A DNA stretch of 64,000 nucleotides, from contig NC_058134.1 in the NCBI RefSeq assembly GCF_016433145.1, forward strand, positions 122,666,027-122,730,026, given 5' to 3'. Under the pieces are notes generated by a model. It did no database searches, was not told where the DNA came from, and worked only from the letters and a program-made list of their open reading frames with translations. Positions 25,720-39,657 of this stretch are shown here, piece after piece; position 1 is the stretch's first letter, and each line of letters starts with the position of its first letter. A program made the position numbers and the translations under genes. This DNA is from Gracilinanus agilis (taxonomy: Eukaryota).

Positions 25720-26824
25720 TTAATCCAAGGGGCAGGAGTAAGAAGAGAAAAGTTGCAGAGCAACCCAAAAGTAAATATCAAGTCTCTCTACAAGGTTTTT
25801 CTAGATATTCCTGGGTTATTCCTAATGCTAGGGAAATAATATCCTCTCAGACATAGCAAAGAGAAAAGGTCTTGTAGACACTGGATAGATTTCTTCCAAA
25901 TAGCAAAGAACTGAGAGTTGCTTTAAGAACTTCAGTGGGGAAAAGGTGTTGTTCAGACACTGATCTTCATTCTATTTCAGGGTGCTGGTCCTATAATTGA
26001 TGTTAGAACATTATAAGAGATTAAGTCCTTTCATATAGACCTATGGAAATTAGAATGAATCAGAGTCCCACTCATTCATTCTTCTGCCCCAGATACCTCT
26101 ATTTAGACAAATACACTGTAAAGGAAAACAGTTTTTAAGGATTTAGAAACTTTGATCAATAAAATGGACAACCACAATTCCAGAGGGCTCAGAACAAAAT
26201 ATGCTACCTACCTTCTGATAGGGCTGATAGACTCAAGAGTGTATACAGAGATACTGAGGCTTTTTTTTTTTTTTGACAGTCAATGTAGAAATTTGTTTTG
26301 CTTGATTACACATGTCTGTAATATAGGGTTTAGTTTCCTTATTTCAATTCAAGGAGGGAATGGGGAGTTGGGAAGGAGAAAATTTGGATCTCCATAAAAA
26401 TGAAATTGCTTTAAAACTGGTTTTAAACATACACAAGAAAGTAATAGGCCACAGAGGCAAACACTGTTGATCAAACATCAAGGGCTGAACATGAGAAGGA
26501 AAATATTTCTTTACATTCTGGATCTAGGAAATATTTTTTTTTCTAGTTCCACAAGAACTCTAAATTTTAGCGTAGACTTCCCATGCTATTTTCATCATTG
26601 AAATATAGTTGGCAAACTCTTCTAATGGATTAACCTGGGCAATGCTACATGTCATCTTAAAGGGTACCTGTTCTTCTGAGAAGCTGTGAGGGACTGAGAT
26701 ACCCTGGGAACTAAAGAAAATTATTTTATTGGTCCTAGTTAAATCAAGACCATAAGTATTGGGGGGGGGGGGGGGAGTTTGTTGGAAGTATCAAGAAGAA
26801 CCCAAGGCTCCTCTTCAATGCTTA

Positions 26825-26914
<90 letters not shown>

Positions 26915-27378
26915 CTAAAAAGGAGCAGACAAGTGAAAAAATCAGTCACAGAAGGAGTTTTTCAAAGCTCTTGGCGAACTTCCTAAAGCCCCCTATGACC
27001 ACCCCCAGGAATTTCACTGAAAAGATCCATGCTTGGGGGAGGAAAAAGAAAACAAAGAAATGAATGCCATTTCAGAAACACCTCTGCAGCCTCTTGCTTC
27101 ACACATTCATACACACAAAACACCCACACTCACGAACTGCATTCAAAACACAAGCTAAAAGAGCATCACAAACAGTGAGACAAGAACAAGTCAGAAAATC
27201 AAGAAGAGAGAAGATGGTAAATCAAAAAGAAACAATGACAAATCGTATTCTAATTAGAAGGCCTCTAAAATAATGTTCCAGGGTTAAAGATGGAAGGGGA
27301 GGAACATTGACCCACATGCAGACCTTCTCTAATATGTACAATAAGGACAAGTGTTTTGATGAATACATTTAATTATCA

Positions 27379-27537
<159 letters not shown>

Positions 27538-29027
27538 TCAATTGGCATTAGAATTCTTTGTAAAATTTGAAAAGGAAATCAAATTTCAAATACCTCAAGA
27601 AAAAGAAATGTATTTGAAATCCCATAAAAAACTCATTTGTGGTAACAAATGATAAAGAGAACTATATCAGAGAAACCTGAAAAAGCTTTTATAAACAGAT
27701 GCAGCATGAAGTGAGTTGAACCAGGAGGATAATTCATACAATAATAACAATAACAACATAAAGACAAAAAACTTTGAGATTTGATCACTGATCAATTCAA
27801 TGACCAAACACAATTCCAAAAGCCTAATGATAAAAAAAAACCAACCCAAAACTACACCCCCAAACCATCCTATCAACTACCTCTTGACAGAGATACTCAC
27901 ATGGTCAAGGAAGAAATTTGTTTAGCTTACCTAGGCACATCTGATACAAATGCTTTGTTTTTCTTGCTTTCAGGCTAGTTACTATGCCACTAGGCTAAAT
28001 GATTATACACACACACACACACGTTGGAAACTATCTGGCAAAAACAATTTTCTAAATCAAATATCACTAAGAATAATCTAAAAGCTTCATATAGGGCATT
28101 TATGAGTCTTCCATGCTAAAGCTGAGTGGAAGAGTCAGGAAAAAAATACAAGAAGGAAAAGAGGGAAAAAAGAGTCTTACTGGTACTTGGCCTATATCTA
28201 GATGGGTCCTTCTAGGCAGCTGGCTTTTGTTCTCCTAATATTTCATAATCCCTCCAAATTTTATCTAATATGAAACACATCTCTGTGGTTTTCATTGCAG
28301 ACATTGACCATTACCAATCCATCTCTAAACTGAAAGCTATTATTATAGCTTTCTGGCAAAGGGCTTACTTCCTCAGACTGGCTTCAGTTACTGACTTCAC
28401 AGAAAGTGGGAGCTCCAACAACTGAACAAGAACTAGACTGACTTTTCTAAATAATGAAGAACTTTCTTTAGTAGTCACAAATCTGAGAGATTAAATGTTA
28501 GGCATGAAGCAATTACAGTCCTAGAACCTTGACCCATGGCATTTATTCAGAAAAGGATCCCAGAGACACTAATGCATTGCTGATGGAGTTGTGAATTGAT
28601 CCAACCGTTCTGGAAGGTAATTTGGAACTATGCTCAAAGGGCTTTAAAAGACTTCCTACCTTTTGCCAGCCATACCACTGCTGGGATGTACCCCAAAGAG
28701 ATAATAGGGAAAAATATGTGTACAAAAATATTTATAGCTACGCTCTTTGAGGTAGCAAAAAAATTGGAAAATGAGGGGATTCCCTTCGATTGGGGAATTG
28801 TTGAACAAGTTATGTATCTGATGGTGATGGAATATTATTGTGCTAAAAGGAATAATAAATTTGAAGAATACCATGTGAATGGAATGACTCCAGGAATTGA
28901 TGCAGAGTGAAAGGAACAGAACCAGGAGAACCTTATACACAGAGATGGATACACATTGGCTCAATCGAATGTAATAGACTTCTCTACCAGCAGCAATTCA
29001 ATTCTAGGACAATTCTGAGGGACTTAT

Positions 29028-29309
29028 TTTTAATAGTTTTTTCTTTTTTCTTTCTTTCTTTAAAATTTTATTTTGAATATTTTCTCATAGTTACATGTTT
29101 CATGTTCTTTCCCTCTCCCCCAAATCCCCCAACCCCCCTTAGCTGACACACAATTCCACTGGTTTTTACATGTATCATTGACTAAGACCTAATTCCATGT
29201 TATTGATAGTTGGACTAGAGTTATCATTTAGTGTCTACCTCCCCAATCATATCCCCATCAGCCCATGTGTTCAAGCAGTTGTTTTTCTTCTGTGTTTCTC
29301 CTCCCACAG
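29028..29309 (-). mobile_element. 5'-truncated L1 3' end inserted antisense inside the outer L1
   Basis: T-rich tail then the reverse complement of the same L1 3' UTR seen at 30010-30290. 15-bp TSD ttctga(g/a)ggacttat at 29013-29027 and 29310-29324. Confidence 0.85.
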
Positions 29310-29345
29310 TTCTGAAGGACTTATGAGAAAGAACGCTATCCACAC

Positions 29346-30009
29346 TGTGTAAATGGAATTAGCTCATCCTCATTCATTGTTAGACTCTAGCCATCAGAAA
29401 TAATGTCACCCCACCCAACTTAGTGGGGAGGGGAGATGAGTTACCCACACGTGACAATAAGTAACAAATCAAAAACAAGGGACTACCCTTTGGGCAGTCA
29501 AAAGCAATGTTGAGGCTGCCATCTGTCCACTTGAAATTGGAGGTGGATGCAGGAAGTGACGAAAGATGCTATCCTTCAAATATGATGGTAACTTCCTGTG
29601 GAGGTAGTTGGCACTTTGAACTTGGTGTAGAAGGATCTCTGGCGAGACCTCAGACAGCTTCCCTCTGAATTGTCACGTGGGTAAGTTAGGCTGACTTCCT
29701 TTCTCCTCCCCCTTGGCATTTCTGGAAGCTCTACCCTCAAGGAAGCCTCTCTTGCCTCTCTAATTGTAAAAGGCCTTGTGGCTAGCTGCCTTGTTTAATT
29801 AACCTCTGTGCTCCTTTGCTGGGGCCTCTAAATTCTCATCCGGTCTGGGCCAGAGTTTCTCTCTCTCAATTTCCCTACCTTCAACCTTCCTAATTGTAAA
29901 TAAACTTCCATAAAAGTCATTCTGACTTGGGTCTATTTTAAATTTGGAATCAAGCTAATCCAATTCCTGGCAACCATACCTTAAATATCTAGTTTCCCCT
30001 CTTATAACA
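29346..30009 (+). mobile_element. ERV solo LTR (~660 bp) inside the outer L1
   Basis: Interrupts the L1 motif ctatccac...cagagaaagaactg. TG...CA termini, aataaa near 29899. TSD not cleanly resolved. Confidence 0.7.
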
Positions 30010-30269
30010 CTCAGAGAAAGAACTGTAGGAGCAGAAACACAGAAGAAAAACAACTGCTTGATCTCATGGTTCAATGGGGATATGACTGGGGATGTAGACT
30101 CTAAATGATTACTCTATTGCAAATATTAATAATATGGAAATAGGTCTTAATTAATGATACATGTAAAACCCAGCTGATTTTGCTCTTTGGCTATGGGAGG
30201 GAGAGAGGGAAAGGGAGAAAGAATATGAATCATGAAACCATCGAAAAAATATTCCAAATCAATTAATTA

Positions 30270-30545
<276 letters not shown>

Positions 30546-30760
30546 CTAAAGACCCAGAATATAGTCTGTTGGGATCATGTGGTTGGAAATTATGGTGGTT
30601 CCTCCCCTTGAGAGTCCATCAAGAATGCTGCATTTGGCTCAGTCCTCAAGCAGGAAGGAGATTTTCCCCTTCTGTGTCTACTATGTATTTTATGGTGCCC
30701 TTCCTGAGTGATTCTCACTTTGATACACTTACTACTCTCTCCTATCAATACTCCACCACT

Positions 30761-31297
<537 letters not shown>

Positions 31298-31894
31298 AAT
31301 ACTCCACCACTATACTTGGGAGCTCTTATGGACAGAGAAGATGTCTTAGTCATTTGTGTATGTGCCTCAGACTAGCTGGCACAAGTCTTATGCCAAATGT
31401 TTAAGGAAAGAGGGAATTCAAACTGGAAGACCAAAGTGAACAACAAACTTAATTCAAGATAACAATAATAAAAATTGACCATACTATCCTTTTTACTAGC
31501 ATGGAATGACTTAGAATTTTACAGTCTCCAAAAAGTGGTAACTTTTCGATAAGCTGTGGTTCTGCATTTAAAGTTATTGCTCATGGTTTATGGTATAGAC
31601 TCTGATCTTTACAGCTGAAATACAAGAAGCAGGAGTGATCCTAAGGTTACTCCAAGAGTTAGTGGTCTTCTGAGCAATACAAAAAAGGAACTCTGATGCC
31701 TAAGTTATTGCATTTGATTCTAGGTGGGCACCTAAAAACATGCTGCTTTACTTCTCTATCATTTGTAAAATGGGATTAATAAAGTCTGTTATTTCTTAAA
31801 CTTCAGCACAGAGTGACTGTGAAGCTTAAATATGAGCTATTATCATTACATTCTTTAGAATTATAATACAAAGCCAATAGTTACTCAGTACTGA

Positions 31895-32706
31895 TGTAAT
31901 GAAATAAAATAAAAGGCAATATTGATATGTAGAGGAATAAATGGGGGAATATAAGGAGATGGGTAAGGGAATGAATGGGGAATATAGGAGGGGCTGCTCA
32001 AACAGGCTAGTCACTGAGGCTAGAGACAGAGGATAGGTACTGGGAGGAAATAGGCTGGGTCCTTTAGGCATGGGGCTATCTATGTGATACAAGAAGAACT
32101 GAGTCAGCCAGAAGTAATATGGGTTTGGCTGAAAGGTTTCTGTTGTCAATTTCTAAGATTCCTTTAGGGAGGAGACAAAAGGCTCTTCCTTGCCAGTGAA
32201 ACTGAATCTACAGGAAGTCTCGGCTAGCTACTTCCTGCCCAAGATGGATGCCTAGGTTTGCCCTTAAGAAATAAAAGTAAAGTTATTCCTTCCCTCTTCA
32301 GCCTTTGCACTAATATCAAGTACAATGATTCACCAGAGGCTTTTGTGTAGATATCAAAGGGGATTTATTGATGCCAGGGGTAAGCAGAGGGAAAGAGGGT
32401 TTGAGGGTTTTATAACTGCTGCTAGGGAGAAAGCTGTCCAACCACCAAACCACCCTTCCTCCCGGGCCCAATGGGGAAATTCAGGGAAGTAGCAGGATGT
32501 AAATGGAGAGGTCAGGGAGAGGTCTAGAAAGAATAGACAAGGTCCAAGATGCCCCAAAGGCAAAAGGCCCTTCAGCTGGAACTCCAGGGATATTTATAAC
32601 CTAGCTCTAACGGTTTTCCCCTGTGAGCACAGCCCCCAAGCTGGTTCAACATTCTAAATCTTTCTAACTGACAGGCTGCTACAGTTGTTTGCAACCCTCC
32701 ATTACA
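31895..32706 (-). mobile_element. ERV solo LTR region (812 bp), possibly composite
   Basis: TGTAATG...CATTACA termini, TSD ctga (31891-31894, 32707-32710). TATAAA at 32593-32598 and AATAAA at 32364-32369 on the minus strand. Shares motifs (ctccaggg-tata-, aactgacagg) with the 23577 LTR. Confidence 0.8.
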
Positions 32707-32710
32707 CTGA

Positions 32711-33540
32711 TTAAGTGCTCATTCTGTGATAGGCACTGTGCTAAATGGCAAAAAAAAAAGAGTAAGAATACAACCCTTAAGGAGACAGGAACAAATAATC
32801 ACATGTATTAGCTACATATAGTATAAATGGAAGATGATCTCAGAGGAAAAGCAATAGTAAGGAGAGAACCTGGAAAATTTTTTTGCAGAAGGTGAGGTTT
32901 GAGCTGATTCTTGAAAGAAACCAGGAAAACTGATAGGTGGAATTCAAGGAGAAGGAAGGGTATTCCAGGTATTGGGAATAGTTAGTGAAAAGGCACAAGA
33001 AGGAATGATGTATATAAGGTAAAAGGCCAGAATGCCTGATCACAACATATGTGGAAGGGAGCAGAGTGGAAGAAGACTAAAAAGGGACCATGAGGCCATG
33101 CTGGGAAGAGCTTCGGATGCCAAAACGAGTGTTTTATATTTGTTCCTGTTGGTAAAAGGGAATCACTGGAGTTTACTGAGTAAAGAGAGACATGATTATA
33201 TCTGCACTTTAGGAAAATCATTTTGGCAGCTGAATTGGGGAAGGTTTAGAGAAGGGAGACAAATGAGGAACCTCCCTTCATAGTCCTGATCTGAGGTGAT
33301 GAGCATCTGCTCCAGGGTAGCAACTATGTGAGTAGAGAGAAGGGGAAGTATATCACAAACGCTGTGAAGGAAGAAAGGACAAGATTGGAGAACCAATTGG
33401 ATACAAAGAGGGATGAAGTGCAGAGGAGGACTTGAAGATGACAGAAATTTCCACCTGGGTAAATGGGAGATGGCAGTCTTTTCAACAGCAATAGGGAAGT
33501 TAGTAAAAAGGGACAATGTGGAGGGAAAGATTAGCTTGAC
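32711..33540 (-). mobile_element. L2 LINE fragment (approximate)
   Basis: ttaagtgctc...aggcactgtgcta, gaggtttgagctg, atctgcactttaggaaaatcatttt resemble antisense L2. Confidence 0.6.
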
Positions 33541-33881
33541 CAATTGGTACTAAGAGTAAAATAAAAATAAACACTGCAATCAAATTATGTTCTAATTTCC
33601 AATGAGAGAGTTTATATTTATATGGTACCTAAAGATTTACAAAGTGATTTCTTTACAATAATCTTATGACGTATTATAATTTTTATCTCCACTTTACATA
33701 TGGGAAAACTCTGGCTAAGTGAAATTCAATGATTTGTCCAAAGTCATAAACAAGTATATGGACAGAGCTGGAACTTGAACTTGGGTTTTCAGCCCACAAT
33801 ATTCTATCCAGAATGATACTATGATGGCTAAATGAGTAGAATCTAGGCAGTGTCAAGCAGATATTCCTATGATGCTTCTTA

Positions 33882-34037
<156 letters not shown>

Positions 34038-34083
34038 TTATATTTGCTCCATTGGGTCACATTCTAGAATCTGATTTTTTTAC

Positions 34084-34428
34084 TGTTAATTGGAATTTGG
34101 GAAATGCCATCTAAAAGTGTATATATATATATATTTTCTATGGACACATGAGGACCTTAAAAACTACATTTCCCATGGTCCGACGGGTTTCCTGTTTTGG
34201 ATTATGTATTCAAGGTGAGGGACAGCTTTAAATAGGGGGAAGTGACTTTGAACTGGCCTCTTTGGGTAGCAGGTGCGGGAAGAGACGTGAGGTAACAATA
34301 ATGGCTGGGGCGGCAGTTTTGAATTCTTACAAGCGTGTGGTCTAATGATTTTATCTCTATCAGTATGGCTTTAATTAAAATACTAATTTATATTATTATA
34401 TCAGTCTTTATTATTTTTAATCGTAACA
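34084..34428 (+). mobile_element. ERV solo LTR (345 bp)
   Basis: TGTTA...TAACA termini, TSD ttac (34080-34083, 34429-34432). Contains ACTACATTTCCCA, a TTTAAATA box and ATTAAA. Confidence 0.82.
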
Positions 34429-35253
34429 TTACTAATTAACTTTCCAGTTCTTCAGGATAGTTACAGAAGTAATCCTAAATATGTATAATCAATGCTTTGC
34501 CGTCAATGCTAAAAACCCACACAAAATCATTATACTAGAATAAATTTAAGAATGGTATAATGGGCCAGTTATATTCTCATAGTAATATGACCTTCCCATG
34601 TGGCATTTCATTAAAAGTCCAAATGATAACTTTCTTATTTCACTCAAAAAGATAGAACAAAATTGGCTAATTGGAATTTGACACTCAAGATGAGCAGGGA
34701 TATAATAAGAAGGCACCTAGCTGTGTTTTAAATAGTTTGTCATCTGGTTACTAGAAAAAGTGGACAATGTGATTATTGAGTCAATATCAGTGATATTTGA
34801 AAGTATGTAGAGAATGCAAGAGGTATTTCACAGTTGGAAAAGAGGAAATGTCCTGAATTTCAGAAAAAAAAAAAAAAAAAGAGAGAGAGAGAGAGAATAG
34901 AGTGTACAAGCAAACAATAGGCCAGTTGAGTTTAATTTCAATTTCTGAGAAAACTGTAAAATGAATTGCTAAATAAAGAGATGGTTAGCAAACATCTAAA
35001 ATAGGATGTGGTATAAACTGACAGCAAGATTTCCTCAAGAATAGGTCATGCCAAACTAACTTTTTTTTTGGCCAGTATATCACATCTATATACTAATAGA
35101 TGATATAGACGTACATTTTATTATTTTATTATATTTAATAATTAATCAATAAATTAATAAACATAATAATTATATTTGATAGATTTATATTTTCCATGGA
35201 AATATACTCTTACTCTATCCAAGGTAGCCATCCTTAGTAATAAAGGACAAAAA

Positions 35254-35460
35254 GGAGCAGCAAGGGCTCAGTGAAATAGAGAGCCAGGTTTAGCAAAAGG
35301 AGATTCTGGGTTCAAATCTGATTTCTGAACCTTCCCTAGCTGTGTGACCCCAGGCAAGTCATTTAATCCCAACTACTTAGTCCTTACTGCTCTTCTGCCT
35401 TGGAACCAATACTTAGTATTGATCTAAGACAGAAAGTAAGGGTTTAAATAATGATGATAA
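35254..35460 (+). mobile_element. SINE1_Mdo-like SINE
   Basis: Head, core and tail present. 16-bp TSD taataaaggacaaaaa at 35238-35253 and 35461-35476. Confidence 0.88.
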
Positions 35461-36152
35461 TAATAAAGGACAAAAAAGGAAAGAAAATGAGTTCCACAAA
35501 ACTAACCAAAACATCAAAAAAACCCAAAACATTTGATATGTGGTATTCCATAACAATGGTTTCCCACCTCTGCAAAGAAATATCTCTTCTTTAGGACCAA
35601 GCATGGTCCTTACAATAAAAATGATTTCTAACTGCTTCTTTTTCAGCTGTTAGAATATTATGTTTTTAAATTTTTGATACTAGCAATCTTTTTTCTTTTA
35701 AAAAATTGGATGAACTAAAATTCTTTATTTATTTTTATTAGCTTTTAAAAAACGGTTTTATCAATTCAATGTTTTAGGATTTTTTTCTTTCAAGTTTATT
35801 AATTTCTTCTTTGATATTCATAATATCCTATTTCTTTCACATTTTAACCTTCACAAAGACTTTGCTCTCCCAAGAGGACACTGTATCCCTGATCATCCTT
35901 TCTAGTACTAGGTGTCCCAACACAGTAGTCTTAGAGGGGAAGTCAGAATACTCCTTGTTTGCCATTTGTCATTTCCAGGCTCTCCTTTTACATTCAGCAA
36001 CCTCTCTTGCTTGAATCCAAAATTTTCATTCAATCAAGATACTGACGGTTGTTGTCTACTAATGTCCAACTTATTCTTCCTCCTTTTCCACAGTTTCCTT
36101 ACTTGATTCACAATCTTCCTCTCCACCAGGACTCCCTGACATTATTTTAGGG

Positions 36153-36154
<2 letters not shown>

Positions 36155-36220
<66 letters not shown>

Positions 36221-36586
36221 NNNNNNNNNNNNNNNNNNNNNNNNNNNNNNNNNNNNNNNNNNNNNNNNNNNNNNNNNNNNNNNNNNNNNNNNNNNNNNNN
36301 NNNNNNNNNNNNNNNNNNNNNNNNNNNNNNNNNNNNNNNNNNNNNNNNNNNNNNNNNNNNNNNNNNNNNNNNNNNNNNNNNNNNNNNNNNNNNNNNNNNN
36401 NNNNNNNNNNNNNNNNNNNNNNNNNNNNNNNNNNNNNNNNNNNNNNNNNNNNNNNNNNNNNNNNNNNNNNNNNNNNNNNNNNNNNNNNNNNNNNNNNNNN
36501 NNNNNNNNNNNNNNNNNNNNNNNNNNNNNNNNNNNNNNNNNNNNNNNNNNNNNNNNNNNNNNNNNNNNNNNNNNNNNNNNNNNNNN

Positions 36587-36612
<26 letters not shown>
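36155..36612. repeat. (CT)n / (TA)n microsatellite spanning a 366-nt assembly gap (N 36221-36586)
   Basis: Read directly. Confidence 0.97.
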
Positions 36613-36619
<7 letters not shown>

Positions 36620-37699
36620 TCCCTCAAACCTTAATCTCTTAAATTCATCAATCTATTCAACTACAGTGACCAGCACTCCACCTCAATTACACTCAGGGAT
36701 GATATGAGGATTATAGATTTAGAACTGAAAGGGAGTATAGAGGCCATTTAGTTCAATTCCCTTATTTTACAGATAAATTAACTGAGATCCTGAGAGGTTT
36801 AAAGTAACTTGTCCAAAGTTACACAGGAATGATCAGGATTTGAATTCAAGAATTTGGGACTTGAAATACAAGCATTCTTTATATTATACAACACTGCCTT
36901 AACATCTATAATTCTTCTATTTCTATGATAAAAAATTATGAAATTATTCATTACTCATCTCACTGTGACCTCCAAACCTTCCACATCCTTGATATTTTCC
37001 TAACATTATCACCTTTGATCAGGCTTCATTCTCTTCCCTTCCCCATCTAGACCTTTTAGTTAGCATTTCTACCTGGCACTAATCTCAACTCTAATCTTTT
37101 GCTCTTTTGTCATGCTGCTATTCATATTGTGGCAAACCCCATGGTCAAAACAGCAATATGACAAAGTGAGAGATGATTATACTCATATTCTTCCTTTTTT
37201 TTTAAAAAAAATAAATGAATTGCTGAAAAGAATTGAAGGAAGTTGTGAAATTGGGCTCTCCCCACTAAATTTATTTATCTAATTTCTATTGTAATAAGGT
37301 GGTCAAAGAACCACCTTCCTAATTGATTCTCTATCTCATTCTCCACAAAGGCTGTTCCAAATCTCTTTTCTTTTCAAAGCTCCCACATCATCCTGATCCT
37401 CAGTTCTCACATTCATATTTTAGTGAAAAAAGAATAGGAATCATGTGTTCTGAACTCTCTTTTCTCTCCTAGATATTCCACAAACCATTAATAGGATTCC
37501 TATTCTCTTCTTCTTTAATTCCAATTGCTGATGGGAGAGATGGTCCTTCTCACCTAGGCCAATTCTTTCAAATGATCCCATTCCCTCTAATCTTCCCCTA
37601 GCAGATCATCCCACTAATCAGTCCACTTCTTTCTAGTTTCCACTCTGGTTTCCTTCCCTATTCCCTACAAATATTATGAAGTGTCCCCTAGCCTTAAAA

Positions 37700-38450
37700 C
37701 ATTCTCACTAGAGAATGTCGATTGATACAAAACTTGGAGGGATAGCTAACATGCTGGATGACTAGAACCAGGATCCAAAAATACTTTGAAATAATGCTTA
37801 GTCAAATTAAGTCAGATGGAATTTAACAGAAGGAAATGCAAAGTTTTGTATGTGTGTTTAAAAAAAAATCTAAAATTACACCATAGGGTATGTTAAAGTA
37901 TGAACTTTAAATGAAAAAACAAAAACAAAAAACCCTAGAGTTTGAAAGCTCAGTATAAGAAAACAATTTGGTTAGCAGCCAGACAAATGAAGGTGATCTT
38001 GGGCAACAAAGAGAGAAGCAGAGTTCCCAAGGAATGAAGAGGTGATAGTTCTGCTGTACTCAAGCCTGGTCAGCCCTCATCTGAAGCCCTGCATTTAGTT
38101 CCTGATGTCACATTTTAAGATGGTTCTTGATAAACTAGAACAGGGCACAAGAATAGTAATGAGCCTCGAGTTCATGTCATAGAAGGGTCAGCTGAAGAAT
38201 GTGGGGATACTTAACTTGCAGAAGATCTGGGGGAAGAATTAGATTTGGTCTGTTTGACTTTTTAGGGCAAAACTAGAGGCAATAAGAGGGCATATTTGGG
38301 GTATATGTAAAGAAAAACCTGTTGCATTTAAAGCTATCCTAAAGTAGAATGGCCTTCTTCCAAATGTAGTGCTCCCCTCAACAGAGGACTTAACCAAAGG
38401 CTGGACTGACTATTTGTTGGATATGTTGCAGAAAGGATTCTTATCAGGTA
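37700..38450 (+). mobile_element. L3/CR1 3' fragment; its tail resumes at ~39333-39390
   Basis: gatacaaaacttggagggatagc...gaaatgcaaagtttt is CR1-like. The tail aaaggattcttatcaggtatg continues as ...aactctgaaattctg after the insertion. Confidence 0.6.
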
Positions 38451-39332
38451 TGTATGATAAATGGGAATTTGGAAAAGATGAAAAGTAACAGAGAAGTGGA
38501 GGAACAGAGAAAAGAAGGCAGGCAGGGGAAAGATTTTGGAATCTTGAGATGTGGAATGCAGGGCAACAGACAGACTCTGGGAGTTGGATTCATATTTTGA
38601 CTAGGTAATGCAAAACTCCAAGTCACCCTTCAACAAAAACCATCCTTTCTAGATCAGGGGTCTGATGCCACCTTCCTGATCTTAAACTAAATAAACTCTA
38701 ATCTGACTGCAGTGATAATAACAAGGTTTTAGGGAATACACACAAATTGGGTAAGGTGAGATGAGTGGGCTATAGGGTTTCCCTAATTTATACCCCAAAT
38801 CTACCTTTTCCCGCTAATCTATCTTTCACAAGATTTCTTCAGTGCTCAGAAAAGCTGAGACTACTCTAACTTCCTCTCTGTCTTGATTTCCCCTTTCTGT
38901 CTATCTAAAACCTAATCTAAGCCCACGTAAATAGAAATAGATTTAGGTTTGATTGCAGATGGAGTCTGAAGTCAGGTTTGATCCTGTTCACCTTAGTTAG
39001 AAACTGTTCACCAAGGAAACTAAGTAGTTCAGATCAATAGCACTGACAAATGCTGGCAGAGGCTTTCCAGCTAGGATGAAATGCTGGAAGAAATTGATAG
39101 GTGTTAAATAGATGGCTGATTGATTTCAGGAATCAGTCAGGTAAATGCAGGTATCAGGAGCTGGGATCAGAAGAGTCTTTCACCCGTCCCAGTTTGAATC
39201 CAACTCCCAGAGTCTGTCCCTTGCCCTGTATTCCATATCTCAAGATTTCAAAATCTTTCCCTTGCTTGCCTTCTATTCTCTGTTCCTTCACTTCTCAGTT
39301 ACTTACAATCTTTTCCAAATTCCCATTTATCA
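38451..39332. mobile_element. Unclassified insertion with 138-bp terminal inverted repeats
   Basis: 38455-38592 is the reverse complement of 39195-39332 (125/138 identical, no gaps). Flanked by duplicated host sequence GGTA(TG). Confidence 0.75.
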
Positions 39333-39657
39333 GGTATGAGTCGAAATGGTTAACGAGGCTCTTTTAACTCTGAAATTCTGTTATTTTGTCGTCATCCAGA
39401 TTATTAAATATTTTTAAAAAAAAGTTTTTATTGATGTCTTCTGTTTCTTTCATTATCATCCTTATCCTCAGTATCTTTCCTTCCCCCCACCAAGTGTCAT
39501 CTCATAAAACAAAAAGTATTTTTAGAAAGAGAAAAAAAGTCAGTCCAACCGACTGATAACACTGAAAAAAATCTGAAAATCTTTGTCATGTGTGACCCCT
39601 TTGGCCCTCTCACCTCCACAGAGGTACACAGTCAATATTTTAAAGAACCCAGACTTG

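Noticed and set aside
26761-26775. G15 run near the exon 10 donor (also a G run near 62117-62129) as G-quadruplex candidates
   Set aside because: Simple homopolymers that read as C runs in the sense RNA; no supporting structure.
28596-28910. 104-aa ORF
   Set aside because: Degenerate L1 ORF2 C-terminal remnant inside a 5'-truncated L1, not a gene.
36214-36627. 137-aa ORF of X residues, and the possibility of a hidden exon in the gap
   Set aside because: Artefact of the N gap. Exons 6 and 7 join in phase with no residues missing from the recalled protein.
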